Part shown: positions 18,534 to 28,850 of the stretch, piece by piece
Position numbering within the stretch: the first letter of the stretch is position 1
Layout of the letters: each line of letters starts with the position of its first letter
Assembly (NCBI GenBank): GCA_910576205.1
Contig: CAJTHL010000010.1
Location: 72,900-136,899 of the forward strand
DNA length: 64,000 nucleotides
Source of the DNA: Clostridia bacterium
GTDB taxonomy: Bacteria > Bacillota > Clostridia > Lachnospirales > Lachnospiraceae
Direction: 5' to 3'
Made by a program: the position numbers and the translations under genes
Notes under the pieces: generated by a model
What the model saw: the letters and a program-made list of their open reading frames with translations, nothing else
What the model was told of the DNA's origin: nothing
Database searches by the model: none

Positions 18534-19291
18534 TTCGCCTCCTTCTTCTGCTTTTTCCGGTCTATGGCTCCGAAGAGGGCCAGAAACAGCAGCAGGGTTC
18601 CGCTGACGCAGGCCGCGCCGATAAAGGGCGTCAGATTAAAGTCATCCCCGGTACGCACGTCTGCGGTTACACGCCTTACCGCATGTTCGCTTACCGTGGC
18701 CGTCCGTGTACTAAGCTCCGTGGCAAACCGCATTTGCAGATCCGCCAGGGTGTTCTGGTAGTCGTTTCCGTTTGTCTCGCCGTCCAGGGCAATCTCCAGG
18801 GTAATCTTACTCTTCTCCCCTCCCGCCAGGGTATCCAGGAAAAAGAATTCCTCCAGGGCGTCCGTGGCCTCATGAAGGCCCTGTCCCGCCTGGCTTACGT
18901 CATCGCCGCCTACCGTCTCGCTGTCAAACAGAGTTTTAGGCACGCCGCTGGCATTGGTGTAGGTGAGAATATACGTGTATGCGCCGCCCCTGGTTCCCTT
19001 GTTGGGACTTCTGTCCTCCAGGGAATACAGGACTTTATTCAGCATATACCAGTCGGTAGCCTTCTTATTTTCATTTTTCAGATGAATCGTCAGAATAGCG
19101 TTGTCTCCGGGCTGCATTCCGTAAATCACGTCGTCCATGTCCGAAGTGGAAAAATTGCAGTCCATCTTGCTGTCCGCCGTAAAAACCACGCTCCAGTCGT
19201 CGCTTCCGTAGGAGGTCTCCGCCTGGGCCTTTATGGGAATAAAGACCAGCAAAAGCAACATAAGGAACAGGCCGTAACTCTTTTTTCTCAT
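18530..19291 (-). CDS. secreted protein with C-terminal membrane anchor (hypothetical surface protein)
   Basis: 253 aa. Signal peptide MRKKSYGLFLMLLLLVFIPIKAQA; C-terminal TM + KKQKKEAK tail preceded by 'VRTGDD'. Confidence 0.55.
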   Translation of the reverse strand: MRKKSYGLFLMLLLLVFIPIKAQAETSYGSDDWSVVFTADSKMDCNFSTSDMDDVIYGMQPGDNAILTIHLKNENKKATDWYMLNKVLYSLEDRSPNKGTRGGAYTYILTYTNASGVPKTLFDSETVGGDDVSQAGQGLHEATDALEEFFFLDTLAGGEKSKITLEIALDGETNGNDYQNTLADLQMRFATELSTRTATVSEHAVRRVTADVRTGDDFNLTPFIGAACVSGTLLLFLALFGAIDRKKQKKEAK

Positions 19292-19304
19292 GCTCCTCTC
19301 CCCC

Positions 19305-20102
19305 TTATCTCAGACTTAAGACGCCTTCGTTTACATCTACCCGCCGTCCCCAGGCGCTTAAGATAGCGTCCTTAGCGTTGTGCTCCTGGACAGCGTTCAC
19401 TTCAGCCTCCAGACAGAAGGTGACGCCATTGTAGTCGTAGGTGGTGGTAATCTTTGTACCGCCGTTTACCTTTTCCTCGGTCTGGGTCACCTTGGCCGCC
19501 ACCGCGTTGTCAATAGACAGGGTGTCGGAAAACAGCGGCGTTGCGGCTCCGGCCGCAAGCACCCGGTTATAATAGAGCACTGTGCGCTCCCTGGTGGAGG
19601 CCTCCTGGTCTAACAGCCAGTTCCCGCTGTTTACCAGATTCAGATTAATCCACTCCGGGGACATTTTCTGTGTCTTTTCCGTTTTCTGCCCGTTCTCATC
19701 CAACCAGTACCTGTAAATTATCACCCGGACATACTGTCCGATATCGCCGCTGTTCCGGACGCAGAGCTCCTCCTGGTAGGCCTTCCCCACCACAAGGTTT
19801 TCCGCCTTTTTCTCCTGGCTGTCCCCTTCTCCCAGCATATGTTCCAGCAGGACGCCCATGCCTTCGTCCCAACGTCCGTCCGCAGAGCTTCCGTAATTGC
19901 GCCATGATACGTCCCGGCCGTTCTCCACCAGGGTAACGCCGATGTTGCGGGTCTGCACCCGGGAACCATAAGTGTCCGAATAGTAGGTCAGAGCAGCCCG
20001 GGCTCCTCCCACCGAGGAGAATAAGAGCAGCGCCACAGCCAGCCCAAAAGCAGCCAGCGACACTTTGGGGGATGTGAGAAATTTCCTTATCTTACCCATC
20101 AC
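19305..20102 (-). CDS. SipW-cognate-class secreted protein (TasA/camelysin-like)
   Basis: 265 aa. N-terminal signal ending '...VGGARAALTYYSDT', resembling the GTxAYFSD SipW-cognate signal. Confidence 0.55.
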   Translation of the reverse strand: MMGKIRKFLTSPKVSLAAFGLAVALLLFSSVGGARAALTYYSDTYGSRVQTRNIGVTLVENGRDVSWRNYGSSADGRWDEGMGVLLEHMLGEGDSQEKKAENLVVGKAYQEELCVRNSGDIGQYVRVIIYRYWLDENGQKTEKTQKMSPEWINLNLVNSGNWLLDQEASTRERTVLYYNRVLAAGAATPLFSDTLSIDNAVAAKVTQTEEKVNGGTKITTTYDYNGVTFCLEAEVNAVQEHNAKDAILSAWGRRVDVNEGVLSLR

Positions 20103-20623
20103 GTATCGCCTCCTTTTTCCCCATCGAGGTTAAGCTTCAGTTCCCAGTCCGCATAGGGCTTTCCGTCCTTGTCATAGAGGACCGGGGTACACTCGTAAAT
20201 AACTATCACGTCAAAATTCTCCCCGTCCTCCAGAGGCTTTCCGTCCTCGCCTGTGGGCACTCCGTCGATCTTAACCAGCAGTTCCTCCGTGGCTTCCCCC
20301 GGGTATACCACATCGCTGTAATACCAGAAGCCGTCCCCGCCGTCAGACCATTTCCCGCCTGCATCCGAATACTTCAGCATATATTTGCTGTCGCAAAACG
20401 CCCTGGCGCGGACAAAAACCGCGCCCAGGTCTCCTGTATTCTCAATAGAAACATGTTTTGTCCAGGCGGAAAACTCCTCCTTCATCTCCGTCTTTTCCCC
20501 AAGCTTCAAGGGATAACCGCCCCTGGCCTGGGTGTAAGTGGTAAAATAAGCCCATGCGCCGTCCACAGCCGGAACCAGTAAGAGAACGAGGCAAAGCGCC
20601 AGCAGAAAAACATTTCTCTTCAT
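20099..20623 (-). CDS. SipW-cognate-class secreted protein (TasA/camelysin-like)
   Basis: 174 aa. Signal '...VPAVDGAWAYFTTYTQA'. Confidence 0.55.
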   Translation of the reverse strand: MKRNVFLLALCLVLLLVPAVDGAWAYFTTYTQARGGYPLKLGEKTEMKEEFSAWTKHVSIENTGDLGAVFVRARAFCDSKYMLKYSDAGGKWSDGGDGFWYYSDVVYPGEATEELLVKIDGVPTGEDGKPLEDGENFDVIVIYECTPVLYDKDGKPYADWELKLNLDGEKGGDT

Positions 20624-20624
20624 C

Positions 20625-21773
20625 TTATATGCCCTCCTTATCCTTCTGGCTGTCGGGAAGCTGTTCCCAGGCCCATCCGTTTCCCTCTGTGTAGGTAAAC
20701 CGGTTTGTCAGAGAGCCTCCGCTCTTTCGCTCCTCATTGTAGTCATTGGTAAAGGCAACCTCCGCCACCTTATCCGCCTCAATGGTAACTGTCTGGGATT
20801 TATCCGTCACCACCTCGTAAGAGGCGCCGGAATACACCTCCGTCACCGTCACCGTGGCCCCTATGGGAACGTCCTCCAGAAGAACGTGCTTCTGGCCGGG
20901 ATTGTCGTCAAAGACAATGGACACATACCGGATGGACTCTTCCCCGTCCAGCAGGGTTTTCACCTCAAAGACAAAGGCCGCCTGGCCGCCTGTCTCATAG
21001 CTTAGGAGATTCTTTACAATATCCAGGGAGCCGTAGCGGGGATCCTGCTCCGGCTTCAGACTGATCTGGGGATTGGGAATCCAGGGATTATGTCCATAAT
21101 TGCCGTCCTCATCCGTGATCCCCCAGGCTGTATTCCCTCCCTCTTTGTAGGGGGCAAAAATCATCATGGGCGCGAAGGTGTATGTGTATTCTCTGGAATA
21201 TGCCCTGGTGGCAATCCAGTCCCTGTTCTCCTCGTCCGTCACCTGGGTGATATAATCATCCTCTTCTATATCGCTTCCCCTGGGGATCAGCAGATACAGG
21301 CCCCAGCCTTCCGTTCCCAGTTCCAGCTCCTGCTCCAGCTCCCATGCCTCAAAGGAAGCCGTCATTCCCGGCTCCACAAGGGCAATCCGGGCAGCCGCGT
21401 CCGCCAGCTCCCGCCAGTTATCCTTCTGGGTATCCTGGGCAAGCCCCTTATAAATGTCCGAAAGCTCCTCATAGCCGGCCTTAAACTGGAATTCGTAATC
21501 GCCGGTATTTGCAGGAGCCGCCACATCCGCCAGCTTATACACATCAACCACAATATTCGCCGTCCGCAGATCCTCAGCCATGCCCTGCGTCCCTTCCGTA
21601 TCCCTGGGCGGCACAATGGTCAGAGAACAGGAATCCTTGTAATCTACGGCCATCTTTGTCCCGGTGGTCTGAGCCCCATACACTGGAAACACGCCGGGAA
21701 TCACAAAGAGCAGCGCCAATGCCAGCGCCAGGCACAGCCTGCGTCTCTGTCGTTTTCTCCTCTCCCCATCCAT
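20625..21773 (-). CDS. secreted hypothetical protein (pilus/fibre-associated)
   Basis: 382 aa. Arg-rich N-terminus then signal peptide; no sorting signal. Confidence 0.5.
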   Translation of the reverse strand: MDGERRKRQRRRLCLALALALLFVIPGVFPVYGAQTTGTKMAVDYKDSCSLTIVPPRDTEGTQGMAEDLRTANIVVDVYKLADVAAPANTGDYEFQFKAGYEELSDIYKGLAQDTQKDNWRELADAAARIALVEPGMTASFEAWELEQELELGTEGWGLYLLIPRGSDIEEDDYITQVTDEENRDWIATRAYSREYTYTFAPMMIFAPYKEGGNTAWGITDEDGNYGHNPWIPNPQISLKPEQDPRYGSLDIVKNLLSYETGGQAAFVFEVKTLLDGEESIRYVSIVFDDNPGQKHVLLEDVPIGATVTVTEVYSGASYEVVTDKSQTVTIEADKVAEVAFTNDYNEERKSGGSLTNRFTYTEGNGWAWEQLPDSQKDKEGI

Positions 21774-21776
21774 AAA

Positions 21777-22685
21777 CTAGTCCTCCTTCTTTTTGCGGAT
21801 ATCATCCAGCAGTTCCTGCTCCGATTTTCTGGGGCCTTTCCTGCGGTAATAGATCAGCATTCCCAGCAGTAGCAGGAACATCAGCGGGATGCCCACTGCC
21901 GGAATAACAATGTAGGTAGGTATGCGGAAAGCCTCCGCGGTTATCACCACGGTTTCCGACTGGTTATCCGTCCTGCGTCCCCGCACCAGCATCCTGTGGG
22001 TATTGACGCCGTAAGGCGTACAGGTCACTAATGTGCAGTAATCCTTCCCCTCCACAATGGCCAGGTCTTTTGTCTCCTCTGGCAGCACTATGCGGATCTG
22101 GTCTACCATATAGGTAATGGTTTCATCCATAACCGTAACGGTGAAAATATCCCCCTCCCCGATCTGGTCCAGGTCTGTAAAGAGCTTTGCGCTTGGAAGC
22201 CCCCGGTGCCCGGACAGTACACAGTGGGTACGCTCCCCGCCCACAGGCAGGGACGAGCCGTTCACATGGCCTACCGCGACCTGTAGTACGGATTCCTCCG
22301 TGCCGTGGTAAACCGGAAGATTTACATTGATGGCGGGAATCTGCACATACCCCATGATGCCTGTGCCCGACACATCCAGAAGGCTCTCATACAAGGCCTG
22401 CTCCGCGTCAGTCAGGGTAAAATGCACGCCGTTTGGCATGGAAGCATTGTATTCCCTGGCCGCCTCCAGGATGGCATCCTTATCCTCCTGGGACATCTCC
22501 TCCACCGCCTCCACATAGTTGGCAATGGCCTGGGTGGCATGCATGGAATTCCACCAGTCGCTGACCGTAGGGTACGCCATAATCCCCACGCCGGCCAGCA
22601 GGATAAGCACTAATAAAAACGTCGTGAGGGAAAACCCTTTCTTTTTCCCGGCCGGCTGTTGCTGTTGTTGTTTTTTCTTTTTCAT
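21777..22685 (-). CDS. class C (pilus-assembly) sortase
   Basis: 302 aa. N-terminal TM, 'CVLSGHRG', 'TLVTCTPYG' catalytic motif, C-terminal TM anchor. Confidence 0.85.
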   Translation of the reverse strand: MKKKKQQQQQPAGKKKGFSLTTFLLVLILLAGVGIMAYPTVSDWWNSMHATQAIANYVEAVEEMSQEDKDAILEAAREYNASMPNGVHFTLTDAEQALYESLLDVSGTGIMGYVQIPAINVNLPVYHGTEESVLQVAVGHVNGSSLPVGGERTHCVLSGHRGLPSAKLFTDLDQIGEGDIFTVTVMDETITYMVDQIRIVLPEETKDLAIVEGKDYCTLVTCTPYGVNTHRMLVRGRRTDNQSETVVITAEAFRIPTYIVIPAVGIPLMFLLLLGMLIYYRRKGPRKSEQELLDDIRKKKED

Positions 22686-22840
22686 CGGTTTCCCGTCCTA
22701 TTCATTTGCTGACGTTGGCCGGGCTTACGCCCGTTGCTCACCGCACACCGCTTGAAGGTGTCAGCCTGCGCGGCAGACGATGGAAGAAGCCTTCCATCGC
22801 CGCTTTAATTCCCCTAAACCTAAGAGGAATTACAAAACAA

Positions 22841-24457
22841 TTACTCTCTGCTCATGCGTTTTCTGGTTACCAGGAGTACAAGGGCTCCAAGCGCCAGAAC
22901 GCCGCCGATGATGTAGAAGAGCGTGGTACCGATTCCACCGGTGGAGGGAAGCTGGGTACCAGAGTGGTTGACAATGGTAATCTCGGATACATTGAAGGGG
23001 AATTCATAGGTCTGTGACGATTCTGCCTCTTCTTCCTTCACAATATTGCCGTCCTTGTCATAGTAAACGGTATAGGTTTTCTTGTAAGAGGTTGCGCCTG
23101 TTCTCTGGGCTTCCACAGTCTTGGGATCTGTCAGCATATTGTAGCCGTCCGGAGCCTTAAGCTCTGTAATCTCATAAACGCCTTCCCGGACGCCCTTGAT
23201 TATGATCTGGCCCTTGGCCGCGCCTTCCGTGCCTGTCACAAACTCTTTTACTGCGCCTGGTACATTCTCATCCTTTGCATGCTCGTATACTCCGGGCTGT
23301 CCTTCCACTGGTACGGCCCACAGATCTGTTCCATCCGGATTCTTGATGCCAAAGGTTGCTCCTGCCAGAGGATTTCCCTTCTCATCGGTTTTCTGAATAC
23401 CAAGAGCGTAGGTGTAGGTAATTGTCTCCTCCTCCCTCTCATCCTCATGGGGTTCTCCGTCCTCAGTTATATACTCAAATTTTGCCTTATTCTTGTTGCC
23501 GTCACTGCCATCTCCGGCAATCTCGGCATCCTTATTGATGGTTGTGGTATAAGTTACCGTAATCAGAGAGTTGGCGTCATACAACAGATTCTTGTCGTCT
23601 GCATTGTCCACCCAGGGAATCGTAAGTTTAAAGGCATGATCTGTAGCCGCATCCCATTCAACCGTATATTCCCCTGCCGCAGCGTCCAGAGTTTTATCCC
23701 CTACGGTCACAACCAGGGAATCCTTGTTGTAATCCAGACCCGGGTCAATGGTATCGTTGATGGTATACTCTATAATCTTCTTGTCGTCCAGGTAATTGGT
23801 GGCCTTCACAGAAATCTGGAATTTCACCTCATCCCCAAATGCGCCGTCGCTTATAATTTTGCCGTCTGCATCGGGAAGCATGGGCGTTCCATCCTCGCCA
23901 ATGATTGTCTTGCCCTCATCCGGCCAGCTGGGCTTCTGGTTTTTGTCAATAACGGAGGCCTTGGGCGTAGTGCTGGTAACAGTAATTACGCCGCCTGTCT
24001 CTTTTACATTGCTGGATACATAGTAATAGCCATACTCCAGGCCTTTAAATACAAGGGTCTGCTCTGTAGCTGTTGCCTCTGTCACTTTTGTTCCGTTTGC
24101 TTCAATCCATCCAATCGCGCCTTCAGACAGCTGCTCTGTACTGCCCTCTTTGAAAGCGTCAGGCAGAGCAGAAATATTCCCTTTGGCATCTTTGGCAAAA
24201 AACTCATTATCTGTCCATGTTTTGCCCTCGGGCCAGGTGTAGGCGATTCTCACATCATCCGGATTCTCGTCATTTACCGTTGCGTCAAACACCTTGTAGA
24301 GGGTATAAATGGCATCCTTAGTGGCATTGGTCACGGTAATCTCCGCGGGGCCGCTTCCCCCCTCAGCACCCGGCTCTGCAGCAGATACCGTCACCGTCAT
24401 GGCCAGAACCATAACCGCTGCCAGCATTAAGCTGACAAGTTTCTTCATATGTTTCAT
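22841..24457 (-). CDS. LPXTG-anchored major pilin (isopeptide-forming), E-box present
   Basis: 538 aa. Signal peptide; E-box 'YEITELKAPDGY'; C-terminal LPSTGG + TM + RKRMSRE. Confidence 0.8.
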   Translation of the reverse strand: MKHMKKLVSLMLAAVMVLAMTVTVSAAEPGAEGGSGPAEITVTNATKDAIYTLYKVFDATVNDENPDDVRIAYTWPEGKTWTDNEFFAKDAKGNISALPDAFKEGSTEQLSEGAIGWIEANGTKVTEATATEQTLVFKGLEYGYYYVSSNVKETGGVITVTSTTPKASVIDKNQKPSWPDEGKTIIGEDGTPMLPDADGKIISDGAFGDEVKFQISVKATNYLDDKKIIEYTINDTIDPGLDYNKDSLVVTVGDKTLDAAAGEYTVEWDAATDHAFKLTIPWVDNADDKNLLYDANSLITVTYTTTINKDAEIAGDGSDGNKNKAKFEYITEDGEPHEDEREEETITYTYALGIQKTDEKGNPLAGATFGIKNPDGTDLWAVPVEGQPGVYEHAKDENVPGAVKEFVTGTEGAAKGQIIIKGVREGVYEITELKAPDGYNMLTDPKTVEAQRTGATSYKKTYTVYYDKDGNIVKEEEAESSQTYEFPFNVSEITIVNHSGTQLPSTGGIGTTLFYIIGGVLALGALVLLVTRKRMSRE

Positions 24458-24573
24458 AAGTAGATTCTCCTTTCAAAAAGAATTTTGAAAATAAATATGT
24501 GGTTCTTTTGATCCTCTGGGATGGGAATGGTGTTCCCACCGGATCCTTGACGCATAGGTCGTTTAGGTTTTCA

Positions 24574-27500
24574 TCACCTGCCCATTCCCCCCTTTCTGCG
24601 TCTTACTTGTCTATACCCAAGCAGCGCCGCCGCAATCACAATCTGCAGCAGGGCCGCTATGCGTATCCCTTTTGTACCGGTACCGCCTGTCTCCGGAAGG
24701 GCGTAGCCTACCACCACATTCTGGTAACTCACCACATCGTCTCTTCCCCAGTCAATACTGCCCTCGGCCGTTGTACCGCTTTCAATAATATTGCTGCCAG
24801 AGATATCCGGCTTATAGCTCCCGTATTCCTTCTCCCTGATGCTAAAGGAAGCCCCGTCCGGAAGATTTTTTACCTCGATGGTCTGACCGTTTTTCAGGTA
24901 GAAGGTACCCCCATGTCTGATGGTTCCGGAAAAGTCAATGGTTCCGTCACTCCCCAGAATCATGTAGTCATAGTCGTTCTTTAAGATGTTTCCGGCCATG
25001 TCCTTAAGCTCTATTGCAAACTCAAAGGCCTCGTCTGTCTCCACAACCTCCCCGGTCACGGCCTTTCTTATGGTCAGCGTCTTTTTAAATCCCCCCACAG
25101 GCTCCTCAACCGGCTGGGAAGCCGCACATGGCAGAGTAAACTGCATCCAGCAGGTAGAACCGGAGGCGCCCCGCTCATTGTAGAAGAAGCGGAGGGTATG
25201 CTTTCCGGAATCTCCCTTTTTAATATAGTCCCACAGATCCACGTACTCCCCTACGGATGAGTGGACGCCTCCGATATCGCACACAAGCTTATCGTCCAGG
25301 TATACCCACATATCGTCATCACCGAAGAAATAATAGTTTAAGGGGCCCACATAATCCTCTGTCAGCTCAAATCCCACAGAGAAGTTCATGCTGAAATAGC
25401 TGTTGTGATCCTTCTCATCATCACTGACAGAAAAAGCTTCTGATCCGCCCTTGCTTCCGTGTGCAATCCGATTATCTTTTTTGGATGCATCTCCAAACTT
25501 CAGATCATGCCCATCAGTGCCCCAGGTGCTGGCAGAATCCATGGGCCAGAACTGATTGGACCAGATTTTTTTCCAGCCCCCGGGAGCCCAGGACACAGCC
25601 TTATCAAACACCAGCTGAAATTTATCCAGCCCTGTGACAGAGCTTCCGTTAACCGCCTTCAGCGTGTAGGTGTCCCCGCTTTTATCAAAATCAAGGGAAT
25701 ATCCGGGAACCCCTGTCTTACCTGTCTGTTCCTTATTGCTAAACAGATCCGGAGCCGCCACATTAAATACGGGATAGTCATTGCTTCCCAGAGTGTTGCT
25801 CACAATCCCAAAGGCGCATCCCCCTGTATTGGACGAATTATTCTTGTTTATAAAGGAATTGTTATACATTTCCTCCTGCAGTCCGGTACCGTTAACGTTG
25901 GCATTACCAAAGCCAAGCCTGGGGCCGGACTGCCCTTCAAAGTTCAACTTGTTGTTGATTCCCTGTCTGTTGGTATACCCATGCAGAACCCCCGTGGAAT
26001 TCCGGTCGCCAATCTTCCAGCCATTCGGATATGTATCCGTATAGTCGGAGTAAACCTGGCCGTCAGTAATATCAAAATCATAGAAGGCCACACTGTTATT
26101 GTGAGTGGTCTGCCTTGGCTTTCCTACCAGCCGCAGTACCGTGCCCTCCTTGATCACGATGCAGTTGGGATCATCCTCATATTGGGAGCTGTTTGTAAGC
26201 TCCAGATTTTCCATATCATCATAGATGATCCAGTCTCCGGGCTCCAGGCTTTTCTCGTCACTGCCATCTCTCAGTACCCAGATTTCTTCCACATCATAGT
26301 TGCTGACCCTTGTCTGGCCCTCGTCCTCATTATTTCTTTCATTGTCAAACTTATTAAAATTCTTAAGCTCGGGATATGTAGAAAAGTCATAGCCTTCCTC
26401 TTTATAAATCTCCTCCAGAGACTCTTTAAAGATAACGCTTCCCGTCTTTCCCTCCGCCTTCAGAAAAAGGCTTGCGGTATTCGTGGCCACGCCGTTTCTG
26501 GGCAGATTTCCGCCTGTGCCGTCCCCGTTTCCACTGGTGTCAATTAGGAGAAGCTCTGCGTCCGAGCTGGCCGGCGCCTGGTCCGGCACCTGGATACTGG
26601 CAAAAAACTGCACCTTGAAATGCACATTGGCGATTCCGTTGGCGCTCACACCCACAGTTGTGCTGTCCAGCGCCACATCCAGCGTCTCCTCCTGGACATT
26701 TTCCTCGCTGAGCAGCATATTATCAAGCTGGGCCGCCTGATTATCCTCCTGCAGCGTAAACACCCGGACACGGATTTCATTCTGCTCTTCCTCATTTTCG
26801 GAAAGTTCTTCAGCCTGCTGGATCAAAGACTCGGCCGGAGCGATTTCCGCCGTTATCTGACAGTTATTCAAAGGAATTTCCTGTCCCTCATGGGTTAAAG
26901 ACAGTGTCATGCCCCGAAGCGCAAGCGGAATACTGCCTTCCTCTGTCTCCAGCTCCTGGGCACACTCCGAAATAGCCACAAACTCCCGGGAGCTTTCATC
27001 CAGCTGGGCTACCTCAAGGAGAAACGCAGAATCCCCGCTGGCAGGCACCTGACAAACGCCGGCTGCCGGCGCCTGGTTATTTGTGTCTGTTTCCTGAGCT
27101 GTGCCGGCATTCTCTTCCGGCTCCTGGATCTGGGATCCGGCTGCCTCTTCCCCCTCTGCCAAAACGTCGGCTTTGGTCCGGTCTCCCGTCTCCGGCGATA
27201 CGCCTGCGTCCGAGGCTGCTCCAGTATCCGCCATGACGCCGGCTTTTGGGACGCTTTCCTCTTCCATGGCCTCGGTTCCCGGGTTTATGGCATCCGGTTC
27301 TTCCCCGGCTTCTCCCGCAGCCTCACCGGCCTCTTCCCCGTTTTCTCCTGCTTCCGGCGACACGCTGCCTGCGTCTGACATGGTATTTTCCTGTCCGGCG
27401 CCCTCCGCCGTTCCTGTGCCGGGGCTGTTTTCCGCCGCCAGCCTTGCTTTTCCTTCTATATGAAAGGTAATATGAAATTCTTCGTCGGCATAGGCAAAGG

Positions 27501-28818
27501 ATTCGGAGATCTCCACCATTTTCCCCATGCCTCTGCGCCCTATGGCGATCTCAGAGAAGCTATCCATCTCAAAGGTGGTGCTGTTGTCCTCCGCGTCGCT
27601 TCCGTCCAGCACTTCCGTACCCTTTTCGGCAAAATGCACTACCGTAATGGGCTCCCCGTCTGCCAGGCCGTTCTCGTCCAGGAACTGCACCGTAACCGTT
27701 ACCGCAGACCTGGGCTCAATCTCCTCCCCATCCACGTAGAAGCCGATATGGAAGAGGGCGCTCATGGTGACCTCCTCGTCACCCAGGGTTTCCTGGAATT
27801 CCTCTTCCCGCTGGGCATAATGCCCGGGATCCTCATCCGGGGTAATCAACCTGGCCACAAACTCTGCATCCTCCGGGATATTGGCGTTTGCGCCGTAGGA
27901 AGCGGTAACCACATAGCCGTTCCCCTCAAAAGTCTTTTCCCCTCCCGATGTCTGGCTGTTTTTATTTAAAATCTCGATTTCTTCATTTGTCAGCTCCATT
28001 ATTTTGAAGCATCCTTCCCCGTGGATATGCTCCTCCAGCTGCACACGACCACAGATCAGATTGCCTTCCTGGTCAAAGCATGCCTCCTCATGGGTATGAA
28101 GCTCCGGTTCGTCGCAGGCAGGCACCAGGTCGATTCCGTAGCATTCCTCCGTATGGGCATGACCACCCTCGCCCTCCTGTACGGTACATACAAGGCCTTC
28201 CGTCCATGCATAGCAGTTATCATCATGCGTATGCTCTTCCATACCGCAGTTTAAAATTCCGCTTTCCAGGGCATAGCATTCCTCTGTGTGTGCATGCTCT
28301 TCCGACTCCTCCACATCGCACACCAGAACCTGCTGCTGGCTGTAACAGTCATCTCCATGTGTATGCTCTTCCAGAGTGCAGGTCAGCGCATCCTTTGTCA
28401 TGGCATAGCATGCCATATCGTGCTGATGCCCGGCTGACTCCTCCACACCGCAGACCAGCGTCTCCAGCTCCTGGTAACACTCCTCTGTATGCTCATGGGG
28501 CTCTGTTTCCGGAAGCGGACAGACCAGTTCTCCATTTGTATCATAGCAGTCATCATTATGTATGTGGAGCAGGTAATCCGTATAACCACAGATCAGATTC
28601 CCTTCGTCGTCATAGCATTCCTCTCTGTGTTCATGTACCTCCGCACTGCATTCCAGCGTTTTTACCTGGTGGGTCATTGCCTGGCCATACATTCTGAGGG
28701 CAGCCACCGTCACCAGAACCACCAGAACGGCCGAACACAGAAACATAATCATCCACCGCTTATTCTGCTTCTTTTCACGCAGAAATTTTGCCGCCTGTGA
28801 AAAAAACGAAGCTTCCAT
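24574..28818 (-). CDS. LPXTG-anchored giant adhesin (putative pilus tip) with Cys/His repeats, PA14/fibro-slime-like domain and C-terminal Cna-B/SpaA-like domains
   Basis: Start chosen at MEASFFSQAAKFL (RBS AAGGAAGGGG), 1414 aa. About 10 tandem ~21-aa repeats C-x3-6-EEHxHxxxCY. Acidic G/E/A low-complexity region. 'GDDDMWVYLDDKLVCDIGG' PA14-like. C-terminal LPETGG + TM + RRRK. Confidence 0.8.
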   Translation of the reverse strand: MEASFFSQAAKFLREKKQNKRWMIMFLCSAVLVVLVTVAALRMYGQAMTHQVKTLECSAEVHEHREECYDDEGNLICGYTDYLLHIHNDDCYDTNGELVCPLPETEPHEHTEECYQELETLVCGVEESAGHQHDMACYAMTKDALTCTLEEHTHGDDCYSQQQVLVCDVEESEEHAHTEECYALESGILNCGMEEHTHDDNCYAWTEGLVCTVQEGEGGHAHTEECYGIDLVPACDEPELHTHEEACFDQEGNLICGRVQLEEHIHGEGCFKIMELTNEEIEILNKNSQTSGGEKTFEGNGYVVTASYGANANIPEDAEFVARLITPDEDPGHYAQREEEFQETLGDEEVTMSALFHIGFYVDGEEIEPRSAVTVTVQFLDENGLADGEPITVVHFAEKGTEVLDGSDAEDNSTTFEMDSFSEIAIGRRGMGKMVEISESFAYADEEFHITFHIEGKARLAAENSPGTGTAEGAGQENTMSDAGSVSPEAGENGEEAGEAAGEAGEEPDAINPGTEAMEEESVPKAGVMADTGAASDAGVSPETGDRTKADVLAEGEEAAGSQIQEPEENAGTAQETDTNNQAPAAGVCQVPASGDSAFLLEVAQLDESSREFVAISECAQELETEEGSIPLALRGMTLSLTHEGQEIPLNNCQITAEIAPAESLIQQAEELSENEEEQNEIRVRVFTLQEDNQAAQLDNMLLSEENVQEETLDVALDSTTVGVSANGIANVHFKVQFFASIQVPDQAPASSDAELLLIDTSGNGDGTGGNLPRNGVATNTASLFLKAEGKTGSVIFKESLEEIYKEEGYDFSTYPELKNFNKFDNERNNEDEGQTRVSNYDVEEIWVLRDGSDEKSLEPGDWIIYDDMENLELTNSSQYEDDPNCIVIKEGTVLRLVGKPRQTTHNNSVAFYDFDITDGQVYSDYTDTYPNGWKIGDRNSTGVLHGYTNRQGINNKLNFEGQSGPRLGFGNANVNGTGLQEEMYNNSFINKNNSSNTGGCAFGIVSNTLGSNDYPVFNVAAPDLFSNKEQTGKTGVPGYSLDFDKSGDTYTLKAVNGSSVTGLDKFQLVFDKAVSWAPGGWKKIWSNQFWPMDSASTWGTDGHDLKFGDASKKDNRIAHGSKGGSEAFSVSDDEKDHNSYFSMNFSVGFELTEDYVGPLNYYFFGDDDMWVYLDDKLVCDIGGVHSSVGEYVDLWDYIKKGDSGKHTLRFFYNERGASGSTCWMQFTLPCAASQPVEEPVGGFKKTLTIRKAVTGEVVETDEAFEFAIELKDMAGNILKNDYDYMILGSDGTIDFSGTIRHGGTFYLKNGQTIEVKNLPDGASFSIREKEYGSYKPDISGSNIIESGTTAEGSIDWGRDDVVSYQNVVVGYALPETGGTGTKGIRIAALLQIVIAAALLGYRQVRRRKGGMGR

Positions 28819-28850
28819 AACTGATATCCCCTTCCTTAAAAATCTTACAG

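Noticed and set aside
23279-24430. 383-aa plus-strand ORF
   Set aside because: Antisense to the LPSTG pilin gene, which has signal peptide, E-box and sorting signal.
25459-26547. 362-aa plus-strand ORF
   Set aside because: Antisense to the giant adhesin gene.
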